Positions 38,958-51,558 of a DNA stretch of 64,000 bases are shown here, in pieces; the stretch's first letter is position 1, and the number at the start of each line of letters is the position of its first letter. The position numbers and the translations under genes are program-made. The stretch is taken from contig CM119371.1 in assembly GCA_051294905.1 (NCBI GenBank), positions 22,322,001-22,386,000 on the forward strand. Reading direction: 5' to 3'. The notes beneath the pieces were generated by a model. It was not told where the DNA came from and did no database searches. It worked only from the letters and a program-made list of their open reading frames with translations. Source of the DNA: Botryllus schlosseri. Lineage: Eukaryota.

Positions 38958-41190
38958 CATTCTCGGTAATGTCCATTCTTGATGGTGTCAATTCTCGGTA
39001 ATGTCCATTCTCTGTGGTGTCAATTCTCGGTAATGACCATTCCCGGTAGTGTCCATTCTCGGTAATGTCCATTCTCTGTGGTGTCAATTCTCGGTAATGT
39101 CAATTCTCGGTGGTGGCCATTCTCGGTAATGTCAATTCTCGGTGGTGTCCATTCTCTGTGGTGTCAATTCTCGGTAATGTCCATTCTCTGTGGTGTCCAT
39201 TCTCGGTAATGTCCATTCTCGGTGGTGTCCATTCTCTGTGGTGTCCATTCTCGGTAATGTCCATTCTCGGTGGTGTCCATTCTCTGTGGTGTCAATTCTC
39301 GGTAATGTCCATTCTCTGTGGTGTCAATTCTCGGTAATGACCATTCCCGGTAGTGTCCATTCTCGGTAATGTCCATTCTCTGTGGTGTCAATTCTCGGTA
39401 ATGTCAATTCTCGGTGGTGGCCATTCTCGGTAATGTCAATTCTCGGTGGTGTCCATTCTCTGTGGTGTCAATTCTCGGTAATGTCCATTCTCTGTGGTGT
39501 CCATTCTCGGTAATGTCCATTCTCGGTGGTGTCCATTCTCTGTGGTGTCCATTCTCGGTAATGTCCATTCTCGGTGGTGTCCATTCTCTGTGGTGTCAAT
39601 TCTCGGTAATGTCCATTAGGGCTGTTCAAAAATAACTTTTTTTTCCCGATTCAAGCCGGTCACCTCTTAAATCGTCAGGTTGCAGTAGAAAATCTTGCTC
39701 ACCAAATTTCACTCGATTCCAACCAGTAAAGACCTCCGCAGATCGAATTAAAATTTTTAATTTATAATGGAAAATTAAAAAAAAAAATTCCAAATTTTTC
39801 TGCCAACCCCATGAAATTGTTGAGCTGTCTTCAAAGACGTTGCAAAACAAATTTGAGTCAATTCCGACCAGTAGAAGCGGAGTTATTGGAGTTTTTCGTT
39901 GAAATTTCTCGGATTATCCTTGATTGGTGGATAATCCGCGATTTGTCAACGAAAAACTCGCATAACTCCGCTTCTACTGGCCGGAATTGACTCAAATTTG
40001 TGTTGCAACGTCTTTGAAGACAGCTCAACAATTTCATGGGGTTGGCAGGAAAATACGAATTTTTTTTTTTTAAATTTTCCATAATAAATTAAAAATTTTA
40101 ATTGGATCTGCGGAGTCCTATACTTGTTAGAATCGAACCAAATTTGGTGTGCAGCGTTTTTTAGGGTAACCTGACAATTTAATCAGTGAATGGCTGGAAT
40201 CCGAAGAAAAATGTTATTTTTGAACAGCCCTAATGTCCATTCTCTGTGGTGTCAATTCTCCATAGTGTCCATTCTCTGTGGGGTCCATTCTCGCTAATGT
40301 CCATTCTCTGTGGTGTCAATTCTCGATAGTGTCCATTCTCGGTGGTGTCCATTCTCGCTAATGTCCATTCTCTGTGGTGTCAATTCTCGGTAATGTCCAT
40401 TCTCGGTGGTGTCAATTCTCGGTAATGTCCATTCTCTGTGGTGTCAATTCTCCATAGTGTCCATTCTCTGTGGGGTCCATTCTCGCTAATGTCCATTCTC
40501 TGTGGTGTCAATTCTCCATAGTGTCCATTCTCTGTGGGGTCCATTCTCGCTAATGTCCATCCTCTGTGGTGTCAATTCTCGATAGTGTCCATTCTCGCTA
40601 ATGTCCATTCTCTGTGGTGTCAATTCTCGGTAATGTCTATTCTCGGTGGTGTCAATTCTCGGTAATGTCCATTCTCTGTGGTGACAATTCTCCATAGTGT
40701 TCATTCTCTGTGGTGTCCATTCTCGCTAATGTCCATTCTCTGTGGTGTCAATTCTCGGTAATGCCCATTCTCGGTGGTGTCAATTCTCGGTAATGTCCAT
40801 TCTCTGTGGTGTCAATTCTCCATAGTGTCCATTCTCTGTGGGGTCCATTCTCGCTAATGTCCATTCTCTGTGGTGTCAATTCTCCATAGTGTCCATTATC
40901 TGTGGGGTCCATTCTCGCTAATGTCCATCCTCTGTGATGTCAATTCTCGATAGTGTCCATTCTCGCTAATGTCCATTCTCTGTGGTGTCAATTCTCGGTA
41001 ATGTCCATTCTCGGTGGTGTCAATTCTCGGTAATGTCCATTCTCTGTGGTGACAATTCTCCATAGTGTTCATTCTCTGTGGTGTCCATTCTCGCTAATGT
41101 CCATTCTCTGTGGTGTCAATTCTCGGTAATGCCCATTCTCGGTGGTGTCAATTCTCGGTAATGGCATTCTCGGTAATGTTTTCTCGGTAT
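38958..41190. repeat. 16-bp satellite array (TTCTCGGTAATGTCCA / TTCTCTGTGGTGTCAA variants), interrupted at 39617-40232
   Basis: Continuous 16-bp periodicity, roughly 100 monomers. Confidence 0.97.
39617..40232. mobile_element. 616-bp foldback (whole-length palindromic) MITE
   Basis: TAGGGCTGTTCAAAAATAAC/GTTATTTTTGAACAGCCCTA termini, arms pair to a centre near 39924, perfect TSD atgtccat. Confidence 0.92.
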
Positions 41191-41907
41191 TGACCGGACA
41201 CCGAATTTTCAATACACAACCATGTATGCAGTCACAGGAATCATTTTGAAATAATAAAAATCGATGCAATTTGTACATAAATAGTGTGCTGCTATTTCCA
41301 AAAAATGTCATTTTGTTGCTGTTCGTCACTAGCGTCACTTGCGCAACACAGACGACGATTTCACGATGGTTGAGCTAAATTGGACCTAAAAGGTGAGGGG
41401 GGTCCACGGGCGCCCGTGATGGTCTAAAAGGGGTCCGCGAAGAATAAAAGGTTGAGAGCCACTGCTCTAGGGTTTATCACTTTTTTGGGCTTTTGGATGT
41501 GAACATACATTCTTTGCGCTAAAAGTGTATGCCCTGAAAATGTACTAGCTTGCGACAGAATGAAATTGTAAAAGCTGGTCTTAGGCCAAAGCTGCTTTCT
41601 CCTTGATTACGAAAATATGTAAGGCGAATTAAAATATGGTCCGGGCATTGTAATCGCCAATATCCCCAGCTAAATTTAGAGTTACTGCGGTATTGCTCCG
41701 ATATTCTGTCTACGTGTATGCGGCATGCGCATGTACGAGGTTTCGCAACCAGCGTTTATACAAAGCCCGTGAGTGCTTCACGTCGTCGTGATTGGCAGAA
41801 ACAGGAATATATAGTTCTATGTATGCATGGACGGAAAATTTGCAGCAATAACCGAGGTATAAAACCAATGTTTGCTTAGCTTAGTAGACACGCTGTACAT
41901 TATACAG

Positions 41908-42239
41908 CGTATTCACGAAAGAGGTGTGGATATGGACGTTGACGTCACCCAACGCTTCACTTGGTGTTTCGACTTCCTTGTTGCCATATTACTCGCAGCA
42001 GGACATCTATTTAAAATGGGTTGCATGGACACGCCTTTGAGTGACTTATGCCTCGTACCCGACAATGCCCATCTCCTCACATGCCCAAAATACGATTGGC
42101 ACCGAGCATATTTGATTGATTTCTGCTTGAGCTTGAAAGTTGAGTTCACCACAGATAACCTTCTCGCACGGCCAGAACTTCTATCACCTCTCGTTGAGAA
42201 TGTCCAGCAATGTGTTGATTTAGGCAATTATATTTTTAG
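41908..42239 (+). CDS. Unknown gene, putative exon 4 (RIHERGVDMDVDVTQRFTWCFDFLVAILLAAG...); 3' end at 42239 (GT) or 42223 (GC)
   Basis: atacag acceptor in phase 0 within the 129-aa ORF. Donor is ambiguous. Confidence 0.6.
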
Positions 42240-42653
42240 GTTCACGATTTGCGACATATAACAAATTTTTGTCGTGGCGCACCAGACCGATAAGGCGATA
42301 TGCGCTACAATGTCCCATTTTCACTAGGGCTCTTCAAAAATGATTTTTTTTTCTCAAATCGTACTGGCTACTTGATAAAATTGTTAGGTTACCTATTTTA
42401 AGCCTACACACAAAGTTTGGTTCAATTCCAGCCAGTAACCGCTTTGCTACAGGAGAAGAAAGTTTCTATTTATTATATAAAAATGAATATTGAAAAATTT
42501 GAAAATTTTCTGTTCACCCTATGAAAGTGTTAGGCTGTCCTCACCAAATTTGGTTCAATTCCAACCTGTGGAAGGGGGGTTTTTGCCGTCGAAAAATTTG
42601 GATTTTATTAAAATAGTATTTACGCTGACCTATTCTTTGTTTATTTATTGTAG

Positions 42654-43132
42654 TTGTGCTCACCGTAAATACTATTATATTCATTCAGCATTCCGACGTG
42701 TATGTGGTGGATTGCAAAGATTGGTTCATCCTCCATCACGCTATTGGTTGCAACCAATGGTTTACTACAATGGCGCCAACTATGCGTTGGCCGTAATTGT
42801 TGACAACCGGCTCATGGAGAAACTGCTCGAAAAGGTTATTGAGGGCATTTATGGGACGGAAGTGAGACTCTTCAAACCTAGAGCCATTCAAGCTGATAAG
42901 AATAGCATTATCGAAATGGAGATAAAAGTCAAAGAGCCGCTCCACTTTGAGCCCCCGCTAATGAAATTAAGTCAGACACTCAGGGCAATAAGGAGAACAC
43001 CGAGACCAATATTTGTAACATCAACCCTAAAAGGTACTGAATCCATACCGACAAAAGAGATCACCATAACATATGAAGTGAAAGTGAATGCAGAAAGGAT
43101 AATCTACGGGTCATTTACTTATCCGAATCCAT
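42654..43132 (+). CDS. Unknown gene, putative exon 5 (...FRRVCGGLQRLVHPPSRYW...GSFTYPNP); start at 42654 or 42689
   Basis: Lies in the longest non-TE ORF (223 aa), protein-like composition, strong GTAAGT donor at 43133. Confidence 0.7.
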
Positions 43133-43875
43133 GTAAGTTCTTGTGGGAATGTCCCTATTAATACACGCCAACACCAACTGCAAGCACACATACGAATCAT
43201 GACTCTCTAAAACCATAATTTTCCCCTTTCAAATAATCTGCACACGGATAATCACTATGGCCGTACAATTCGGCTATGTTTTATTTCCTTCAAGTATAGG
43301 GCTTACATTGAACCCCAGGGATTCGCACTTTATACACCCGGAACCTTCACCTGTCGCCATATTTCCAAATAAAACTAAGCCATTCGGGAAATCCCTATCA
43401 TGTTAAATTATGACGATGATCCAATGAAAGGTGAATTGAGAGAGAACGAATTTATAATTGAATATCACATCGCATGTAGATATTTATACATTTTCATCGA
43501 TATCTTGATATCCAGGCGTATTTCGTCTATACGTGCACAGGTTTTATTAGCAAGTCGAAGCATCATTTTAACTTGCATGTCGCAGTAGAATGTGTAGGTG
43601 GTATAGAATGATGTCAAGACAAATGCCTTCGAATCATGCGCGTTATCGTCATCAAAATCACACAAAATATGTTCATTTCTGCGTAATGTTTTGATATGCC
43701 ATTGAGTTCCCTGGAAACCAATCTACGACATGTCCTATTTACACATAATACTCGCAATACACACATTCCTGTTTGCCATGCCGAGCGAATTGCTGAATTT
43801 GCGACATAAACTCGCAAGTTCAACTTTTCCGAAATCGCATGTAGTTATTCCGTCGTTTCCTTTATATATTCTCAG

Positions 43876-44021
43876 CATTCAATGCACAGCAAGGGGAAAC
43901 AAGCAGATCGAGGATATCAGTTCTTACTGTAATGAACCAACGAAATACGATGGGAACTCAAGTTGAAATCGGAGGACAGTATCATGAAAGTTCAACTGGC
44001 ATGAAAAGACACATTTCCTAA
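43876..44021 (+). CDS. Unknown gene, putative last exon (FNAQQGETSRSRISVLTVMNQRNTMGTQVEIGGQYHESSTGMKRHIS*)
   Basis: ttctcag acceptor in phase 1, open to TAA at 44019-44021. Confidence 0.55.
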
Positions 44022-46253
44022 ACACCGCAACTAAATATGCTTGTGTCAGTAGTTAAGCATTCGTCGGCTACTCATTTACGCCGTGGACAATTTTTCAGAT
44101 GATAACTGTCGCGTATATGAACTATTGTACTAGATATAACTCTCGCAAGACATATTACTATGTGGAGTGGAAAATATTCTTGTTCATTCGACTAAATTTG
44201 CGTATCCTTCTACTTACTAATTGGCCCAGTGTTACTAATCTAACCAGTTATCATTCTTATATTAAATAAGGCAACGATACTGATCAGTTATTATCTGGGA
44301 TATAATTATAATTTTATGCACTGCTATATGTCGCATCTAGTTTGATACTCTGTTGCTTTCATATTCGTATGTATTCCGTTGCAACATTACATGTCGCAAA
44401 CCTCGTCATTATTTCAGCGCAACATCAGTAAGCTAAGGTCGATATTTAATTGCTAAACTACAATTAATCATTTCAACAATCACCCATCTGATTTCTATAT
44501 CGCATCATACAACGTGTGTCATGAACAAATGTAAATATTCCAACTGATTTATACCGTAGTAATATACTAGATGATGACTCAATCAAATGTATGTTCACTA
44601 TATTGGGGCATGTGCCTGGCAAAGATGAACGTGGTTAAGGGGAATATTAATATTTATAAGATGAAGTAAGAATGGGAATACGAATGTACATTAGTTCAAT
44701 TAAGGTGCCTAATTGCGAATAGAGTTTGGATGCTAAAATCATTGCAGTAGCAGGTTTCGAGTGATACCGTTGAAATTGACGAATATAAAAATCAGAAATT
44801 GAATATAAAGATTTTTGATTAGTCACGAATTTAATTAAGTCTCACCGCATAAGCTATAAACAGAAAATAGTTTTTTTTTAATTATTTTGCTATTGATACC
44901 GGTTATGTGTTTGAGAAATGACATTACATTGTAATTTTTTGGGGTTTTGGACAGGGCTTTAATTCTGACTGGTGATATGCATAAGTGTTTCTCGACGGGT
45001 TTGGCCTCGCGGATCTGTAAAATTCCGAAACAAGTGTTGCCAACAGGTGAACCTTCAAACATAAAAATTTATTTACGACAAATGTATGCAACATAAATCT
45101 AATATTGGAAACAAAAACTTCATTTAATGCTGCCTTTTTATATTAGATGAATATAGTGGGTATATTGACGTTTATACAACGTGGAGCCCGCAAAGTTCTG
45201 TAATTTGACTGTGATTGTTCGGTATCCTGAGGAATGCTACTTTGCATGCACTGGAGAATTTTAAGGTGGGCCACCGAGCTGTTTGTTTGTTTTATCAACA
45301 CAATTGGCTCTTATCAGCACTTATGTCATTTGCGCCCGCACAGTAACTTCGTAATTTAGTGTCTTTTGAGGTCGTTTCCGTGTTCTTTCGTATTTTTCCT
45401 GGTCTCTGCTGCCATCTTTCTACGAAGTTCGGCTCTCTCCTCCTTCTGGTCTTTTGAAAACAATGTATTTACAACGGGATCAGCGATGAGACGCCCAGAC
45501 AAACCACCAAGACATAGAAACAGGCACCAATATTCATTGATGTCGCGACGGTGTCGCTTGGCACACCGCGCCCCACGCTTCCCACAGAGATATTTGGAAA
45601 ATTGTAACAATTTTGAAAGTCCAGCTATATTTGTTATGATAACATGAATATGTTTTTACGTAGGGTACATCAAGCTTATATTCCGACTCTGATGAGACGT
45701 ACTGACACGTATGGAGTCACAATGTACAAAGTCGGAAAGGCGAGAAGAAAACGGCTGCTTTTGTCCCCTCGGCTCCGCCTATGATGACAACCTACGGCTA
45801 AAAGCAACTAATTTCGATTGTTTTATAACTGGAAGCTAATTCTGAAGTAACCATAGGTATTCCGGCAAGGTCATATGTCGTATGCCGTTGAAAGGGGTGT
45901 GAAATGTGCATTAAACTCTGACTTAAGTGTAATTCATGTAGATTTACGGTACTTCGGCTGGTCGTATTATTGCAACATAAAAATAGCCACTGTTGCAATT
46001 CATTATAAATTATATTATCAACTGCCCGTGGAATTACACGGCACCATCGCAATGAATAGTATAATGGATTGAGGATTTAGCGCAGTACATTAATAGGCCT
46101 ATCTGTAAGAGTCCCATGGATTGATTGTATAACTGGATTGAATATTCTGACATCGTGTCATCAGTCGGTACAGGGCTTATCATGTACAATGTATTGTACA
46201 TTGTACATACAGCATACATCAGGGGTGTCAAACTGAAATAGCGTTGTGGGCCG

Positions 46254-46517
46254 TTTGTTTGTTTTGGGGTATTCATGGTGTTTGTCGACTACTATGGTCA
46301 TTTACACCAGGCCGATATTATTCGTATTTTCCGTAACTACCGACTTATAGCACGGTCCACCTCTAGGCTTTGTAAGACACCGCTGACGCGGATGAGGTGG
46401 CGGGGAGGAGCCTCCAACACTTAGATATCGAAATTTCGGAAGTCGACCTCGGTCGGACCCGAACCCCCACCCATTGGTGTTGCAGCCGCGGATTATACCA
46501 CTGTGCTATCTCGCCAC
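46254..46517 (-). mobile_element. SINE family A, copy 4 (inside a CAGGGGTGTCAAAC-type MITE end)
   Basis: Same body, (AAAC)n tail. Confidence 0.85.
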
Positions 46518-47510
46518 GTTGTCGCGGGCCGTATTCAAATCTTGAGATCGGTCGCGGGATGGACTATAGTCCAATGATTCTAAAATGTTATCTCAAAACC
46601 ATGTCCTTGTTTTCAATTGAATACTTAATACTAACCCTATCCACGTGATATTACATTGCTTTATACTACTGTCACTGGACTCATTTTAGCAACAGCTTTA
46701 TTCGCGGACAATGTACTTTACGAAAGTATAGGATGATTGACCGGTTGAGTATTGTTACAAACCTCTAAAACAGTAGCGCTGGCGGCGATAAATTTGCATA
46801 TTTCTACGATTGTTGATATACAATGTTCTTTCTTATTCTCTACTAGTTGCTGACGATACCCCTGACGAGTGTCAGCCGAAAATATTCGGGTTCATACCAT
46901 ATTTTGAGATCCTAAAAGCGGACACTTTTCAAAAATTCTGAAAGCTCCAGCACCGGAAAAGAAAACTGGTGATTTTGAAAATTAAAAAAGGTCATCACTT
47001 TGACTCGACTCCCGATCTATCCGATATTTTATGACACTCTGATGTTCGCTGCATCGAGGTCGCTTTTTGGTTGCGATCTAATCTTTTTTGTAGAAAAAGA
47101 GGACAAATTACAAAAACGAGAAGACATTTAGGCGTCCTCCGAGGACACTTTAAATTTACTGAAAAAAGAGGCCAAATCCTCTTAAAAGAGGGCGTATGGT
47201 AAACCTACCTGTAAGAACTTCAGCGACATTTCGTAGCCTAATAGCATTGAACTACTGCATACTCTCTTTTTTCGATTCGTCACCATCACTGAAGTTGTTT
47301 GTAGCAGATTTTGTTCGTACATTTATTGTTATGACCTATATGGTTCATTACTATGCATTTGTTGCCACCTGGGCTGTGGAGTTGGTGAATTTTAGTACCG
47401 AATCCAACTCCGAGTCCGACTCCACTCATTTTCAATGGACCGACTCCGACTCCGACTCATGAGTCTTTCAACCCACCGACTCCGACTCCGACTCCGACTG
47501 CAACCACGAG

Positions 47511-50500
47511 TAGACATGGGGTGATTACTTCATGAATGCAATCGATTGCGATTGCGATTACTTCCGAATGACGCGATTACGTCTATGATTATGATTACAG
47601 CAAAATCAGGAAGTAGTCGATTACGATTACGATTACATTGGAAAAGTAATCACGATTACTCACGATTACATTTATTTTGCATCCAAGAAGTTATATTGGA
47701 AGACAATATATGGATTGCGCTGAAAAGGCCTAATGAGGTATCAAACTTCATTTAAAAAAGATGCGTCATTTGCTTGTTGCTTCATAATGGAGCCTACCTA
47801 TTGCCCATTTTTAGAGAGGACGATTTATCGCACCAAATGATTTGCATTCTTGCCAGGTCCATGACTGCCGCACCCCAAATTTACCAATAGGGTGAGGAGC
47901 GAGATCGAAGATGACTCAAAGTATTCCGTAGACCAACATAAATTATTGAGTATTTTCGAGAGATTAAATTGGCTTGAAAATTCTCTCTAGATAAGGTTGA
48001 TTTTGAAATGCATACGTCTTCCCCTCAACAAAAAAAGCATAACCCACATTATTTATAGTGGAGCTGCATTTAAAACAAATGTTTGTTTAAAACACTTTGT
48101 TTAAAACATGTTTTGAATAAAGACTTTAAAAAAATATGTTTTTTTATGTTGTAAAATTTTTCCATATTTGTATAAATACTTCTCAAAAAACATGTTGAAT
48201 GAGCCTATACGGACAGTAACCACCTGATTTAGCTGACGTAAATCGATCTGGCATGGTTGGAACCCGCAAAATAGTCGGTTCAACAGTTTTACGACAGATA
48301 TTTCGTCAAAGGAGCTATATTTACCCTATATTTTTTATTGTCACTGTCAATACACATTCGTGACGTCATGGCTCAAAAAAAACACATGATTCAAACATGT
48401 TTACTTTAAATTGATTTACAAAAAATGCAACCCTAGTTTTTAGTAATAGCAATTTAGGTTCCAGTTAATACCGTTCCACGACACGTCAAAATGACATATG
48501 CAGTATCGACCAGTACGCGACTTCACGAAGTGTGCTACTATAGAAAGACCTTGGCCGAAACTTAGGGTATGTGTCCATTGGCAATAGCCGCGCTGGGTGG
48601 GCGTGACTAATAGTCCAAGGTCCTTCCAATCTGGGCCCACAATGAAAATGCCACCCGGGCATCCACAGAGCATTAAAGAAATAACAATTTGTGTCTGCGT
48701 CTCACGAATGTTTTTATTTTAGGGCGGAGATGATAAAGTTAGCTGATCCGGGAGAATGCTAATCATGTGATAAAAAACTGCTAAATGGAACGCATTTTAG
48801 TTGGAGATGATAAATTTAGCTGATCCGGAAGAATGCTGATCGTGTGACTAAATACTGCTAATCGCGACGCGTAAAGCTGGAAAAGGTTACGCGCGAGTAG
48901 AGCGCAGTAGAGGTGTCCCGAGTTCTCAATCAAGTGGCGTTATCTGTTGAATCATAATGCGAAAACGTGCTATTGGTTGCTGCTAGTTGTCGATTTGTTG
49001 AATGAAACAGCAGCAGCCTGCTGATAACGATCTGCCACTGCAATATATAGAATTATCATCACCGCGAAATGAAAATCGTGTACAATTCGTACGGTACAGC
49101 TAGGAAACGGATTAGAGAATATTGATATAGCGCCCTGCTATGGAGGGCACATAATTCGTTGATTGTTTCGTCAAACCATTACCCAGGAACAGACTTGGAC
49201 AACTAGATAATTCTAGTTGTCTAATTTCACTAAATTAGAGCGAAATGCCAGTATTCTAATTCTAATCTAATTTGTGAAATGCTTCCATGCTCTAATTCTA
49301 ATTCTAATCTAATTTGTGAAATGTTCGTATGCTCTAATTCTGATTCTAATCTAATTTGTGAAATGTTCGTATTCTCTAATTCTAGTTCTAATCTAATTAT
49401 TGTTTTCCTGAAAATGCCTCTTTGTCCGAGGCATATTGCACTATTGCAGTGAGTTAAAAAGAATATCCCGCTTGCGCAGGGAAATCCAGTGCCAAGCCGC
49501 CATCGCATTACTTACACCGTGTAGTCATGGTAGATATTATGACGAATATAGCCTGCTAGAGTAGCTTGTAGTCTGCGATCAGCATTCTAGTTTCTAAAAC
49601 TTTACGTTAGTACATTGCCATTCTGACTAACATGGCCGATGCCCATGGTTACCATAAAAGAAGTAATATTTTATTAAAGTATAGTAAAAATCGAGCCAAG
49701 CTTGGTGTACAGAAGTTCACCATTCTCATGTTTATAGGAATGCACTATTGTTGTTGTTTATTAAACAAAAATATGTGGCGCCTATCGCCTCACGGCCTTT
49801 TGCACCACGCACTGTGATTTGATGTGAACTGCATTTTGCTGTATTCATTTCCCATATACAATTTCATTCCATTTCCAAGTTTTTGCGAACTAAGTATAGC
49901 TCTAATTCTAATTCTAATCTAATCTGGAAAAGGCTTAGTAGCTCTAATTCTAATTCTAATCTAATTTGAAAAAGCGGTGTAGTTCTAATTGTAATTCTAA
50001 TCTAATTTGGAAAAAACTGTGCAGCTCTAATTCTAATTCTAATCTAGTTTGAAAAAATCTGTGGAGCTCCAATTCTAATTCTAATCTAATTCAGAAAAGC
50101 TGAAAATTTTCTAGTTGTCCAAGTCTGCCCAGGAGACAGACAATCGGCACGGCCATTATCGGAAATATTTGCACGTAGGAATGATACGTAGTGTACGCAG
50201 TTTTTATAGATGACTAGTTATGGTTTGTGTCAGATTAACACTAACTTTATGCGACGCGATCAACCAGTTTCTTTAATCCTGGGTTGATAAATCCTGACGA
50301 ACGCGATAATCGACTTCATTGCTAATAACTTTATTATCTCCGCCCGGGGCCTACGTAGGCCCCGCTCCGCCTTTAGTCTGCTACGTTTGGGATGTAACAA
50401 TATCTTTTGATTATATCACAAACCGGAGGTCACGAATTAACAACATACACCAAAGTAAAACAGGATACTAGACGTTATAATTATGAATTACGTGCCCCCA

Positions 50501-50522
50501 GCTCTATAGGTAAATCTGAACA

Positions 50523-50554
<32 letters not shown>

Positions 50555-51558
50555 TTAAAAATTAATAATAATAAAATGCGATTATCAATATTATTGACGA
50601 AATTCAGTCTTCATCTTGAAAATATCACCCTATGAGGGCCAGAGACCAACGTTTGGACTGGGGGAAGTGTTGCTGTTTTGGTCCTGATTGTAGCTGCAAC
50701 CCACGCCAACATGATGTATAAGCCCATGGCTATGACGGCAGGTCCCAAATGTTGAGTAAAGAATTGTGAAATGAGGATAGGCACCCGTTTCAAGTAGAGT
50801 CATATGAGAATAAGATGCAGAGAACATGAAATTCTGCATTCATCTTAATACATTTAATGTACTGCAAGCTGCCGTTGCGAGAAACGGCAAAACGGCTCGG
50901 TTATGATGCAGCTGTTGATTTTCAATACTTCGTTGTGGAAACTGGAATGTTTTATTTGACGAGTACAATATTTCAAATCTTTGTCCGGTTTACGTACGTA
51001 CTACTGGCCTACTGCTCGCCAAGCAGCATCGGTCAAACTACGTTTAACAATAAGCATAACCAAACATCAATACACAAGTTACTATTTTAAACTAGGCAGA
51101 GTGGTGATTAATTATCCTGCTGCGAGGTACTGGCGTGTGGAACGTTTTGATAACCTGATATACAGCACGGCGGGTGTTCTTACAATCAGTCTAATGTACG
51201 TACATCGAATATATCTATTTACTGTGGATACTTCCTACTCAATGACTAGCAAATCTAATAGGCTACTTCTGACGTAATAATGAGCAATGGCATTTGAAAA
51301 TCAGACGTGTGTGCTATCACCAGCCTGGTATAATATCTCTTCATTGTTCACGAATGTTCAGTTTATGTCATACTGCTTGTACAAATAAAAAGTAATCGTT
51401 CTTTCACAAAGAAATCGATTAGATATGGGAAGTAGTCGATTACGATTACGATTACTTCGTAATTTTTTCGAATGTAATCGATTGCGATTACGATTACTTG
51501 AAAATGCTGTAATCGTCGCAATCGATTACGATTACTAATCACGAATACCGCATGTCTC
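47511..51558. mobile_element. ~4-kb non-autonomous TIR element with (GATTAC)n subterminal arrays
   Basis: Termini TAGACATG/CATGTCTC, TSD accacgag/accacgac, GATTAC/GTAATC arrays at both ends. Inserted in a (CCGACT)n-rich MITE. Confidence 0.7.
49190..50127. mobile_element. Nested hAT-type MITE with TCTAATTCTAATCTAATTTG arrays
   Basis: Perfect 17-bp TIR CAGACTTGGACAACTAG, TSD cccaggaa/cccaggag. Confidence 0.9.

Larger units (their letters stand above)
38464..41464. mobile_element. hAT-type MITE hosting the satellite insertion
   Basis: TIRs CAGTGGTTCTCAAC/GTTGAGAGCCACTG, TSD ctctaggc/ctctaggg. Confidence 0.85.

Noticed and set aside
38958..41190. Satellite as a CRISPR array, or as repeat proteins (ORFs 39110, 39164, 39414, 40486)
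   Set aside because: Head-to-tail 16-bp monomers with no unique spacers and no cas genes, in a eukaryotic context. The ORFs are by-products of the periodicity.
48440..48673. Short Cys/Trp-rich ORF or possible exon
   Set aside because: No consistent splice partners or recognisable homology. It lies within a TIR element and is noted only as possible cargo.
49230..50100. IRLELELE repeat ORF and TCTAAT arrays as coding or telomeric sequence
   Set aside because: They are subterminal repeats of a MITE with clear TIRs and TSD
50611..51277. Hydrophobic or protein-like short ORFs on both strands
   Set aside because: I could not assemble a frame-consistent gene or recognise a family
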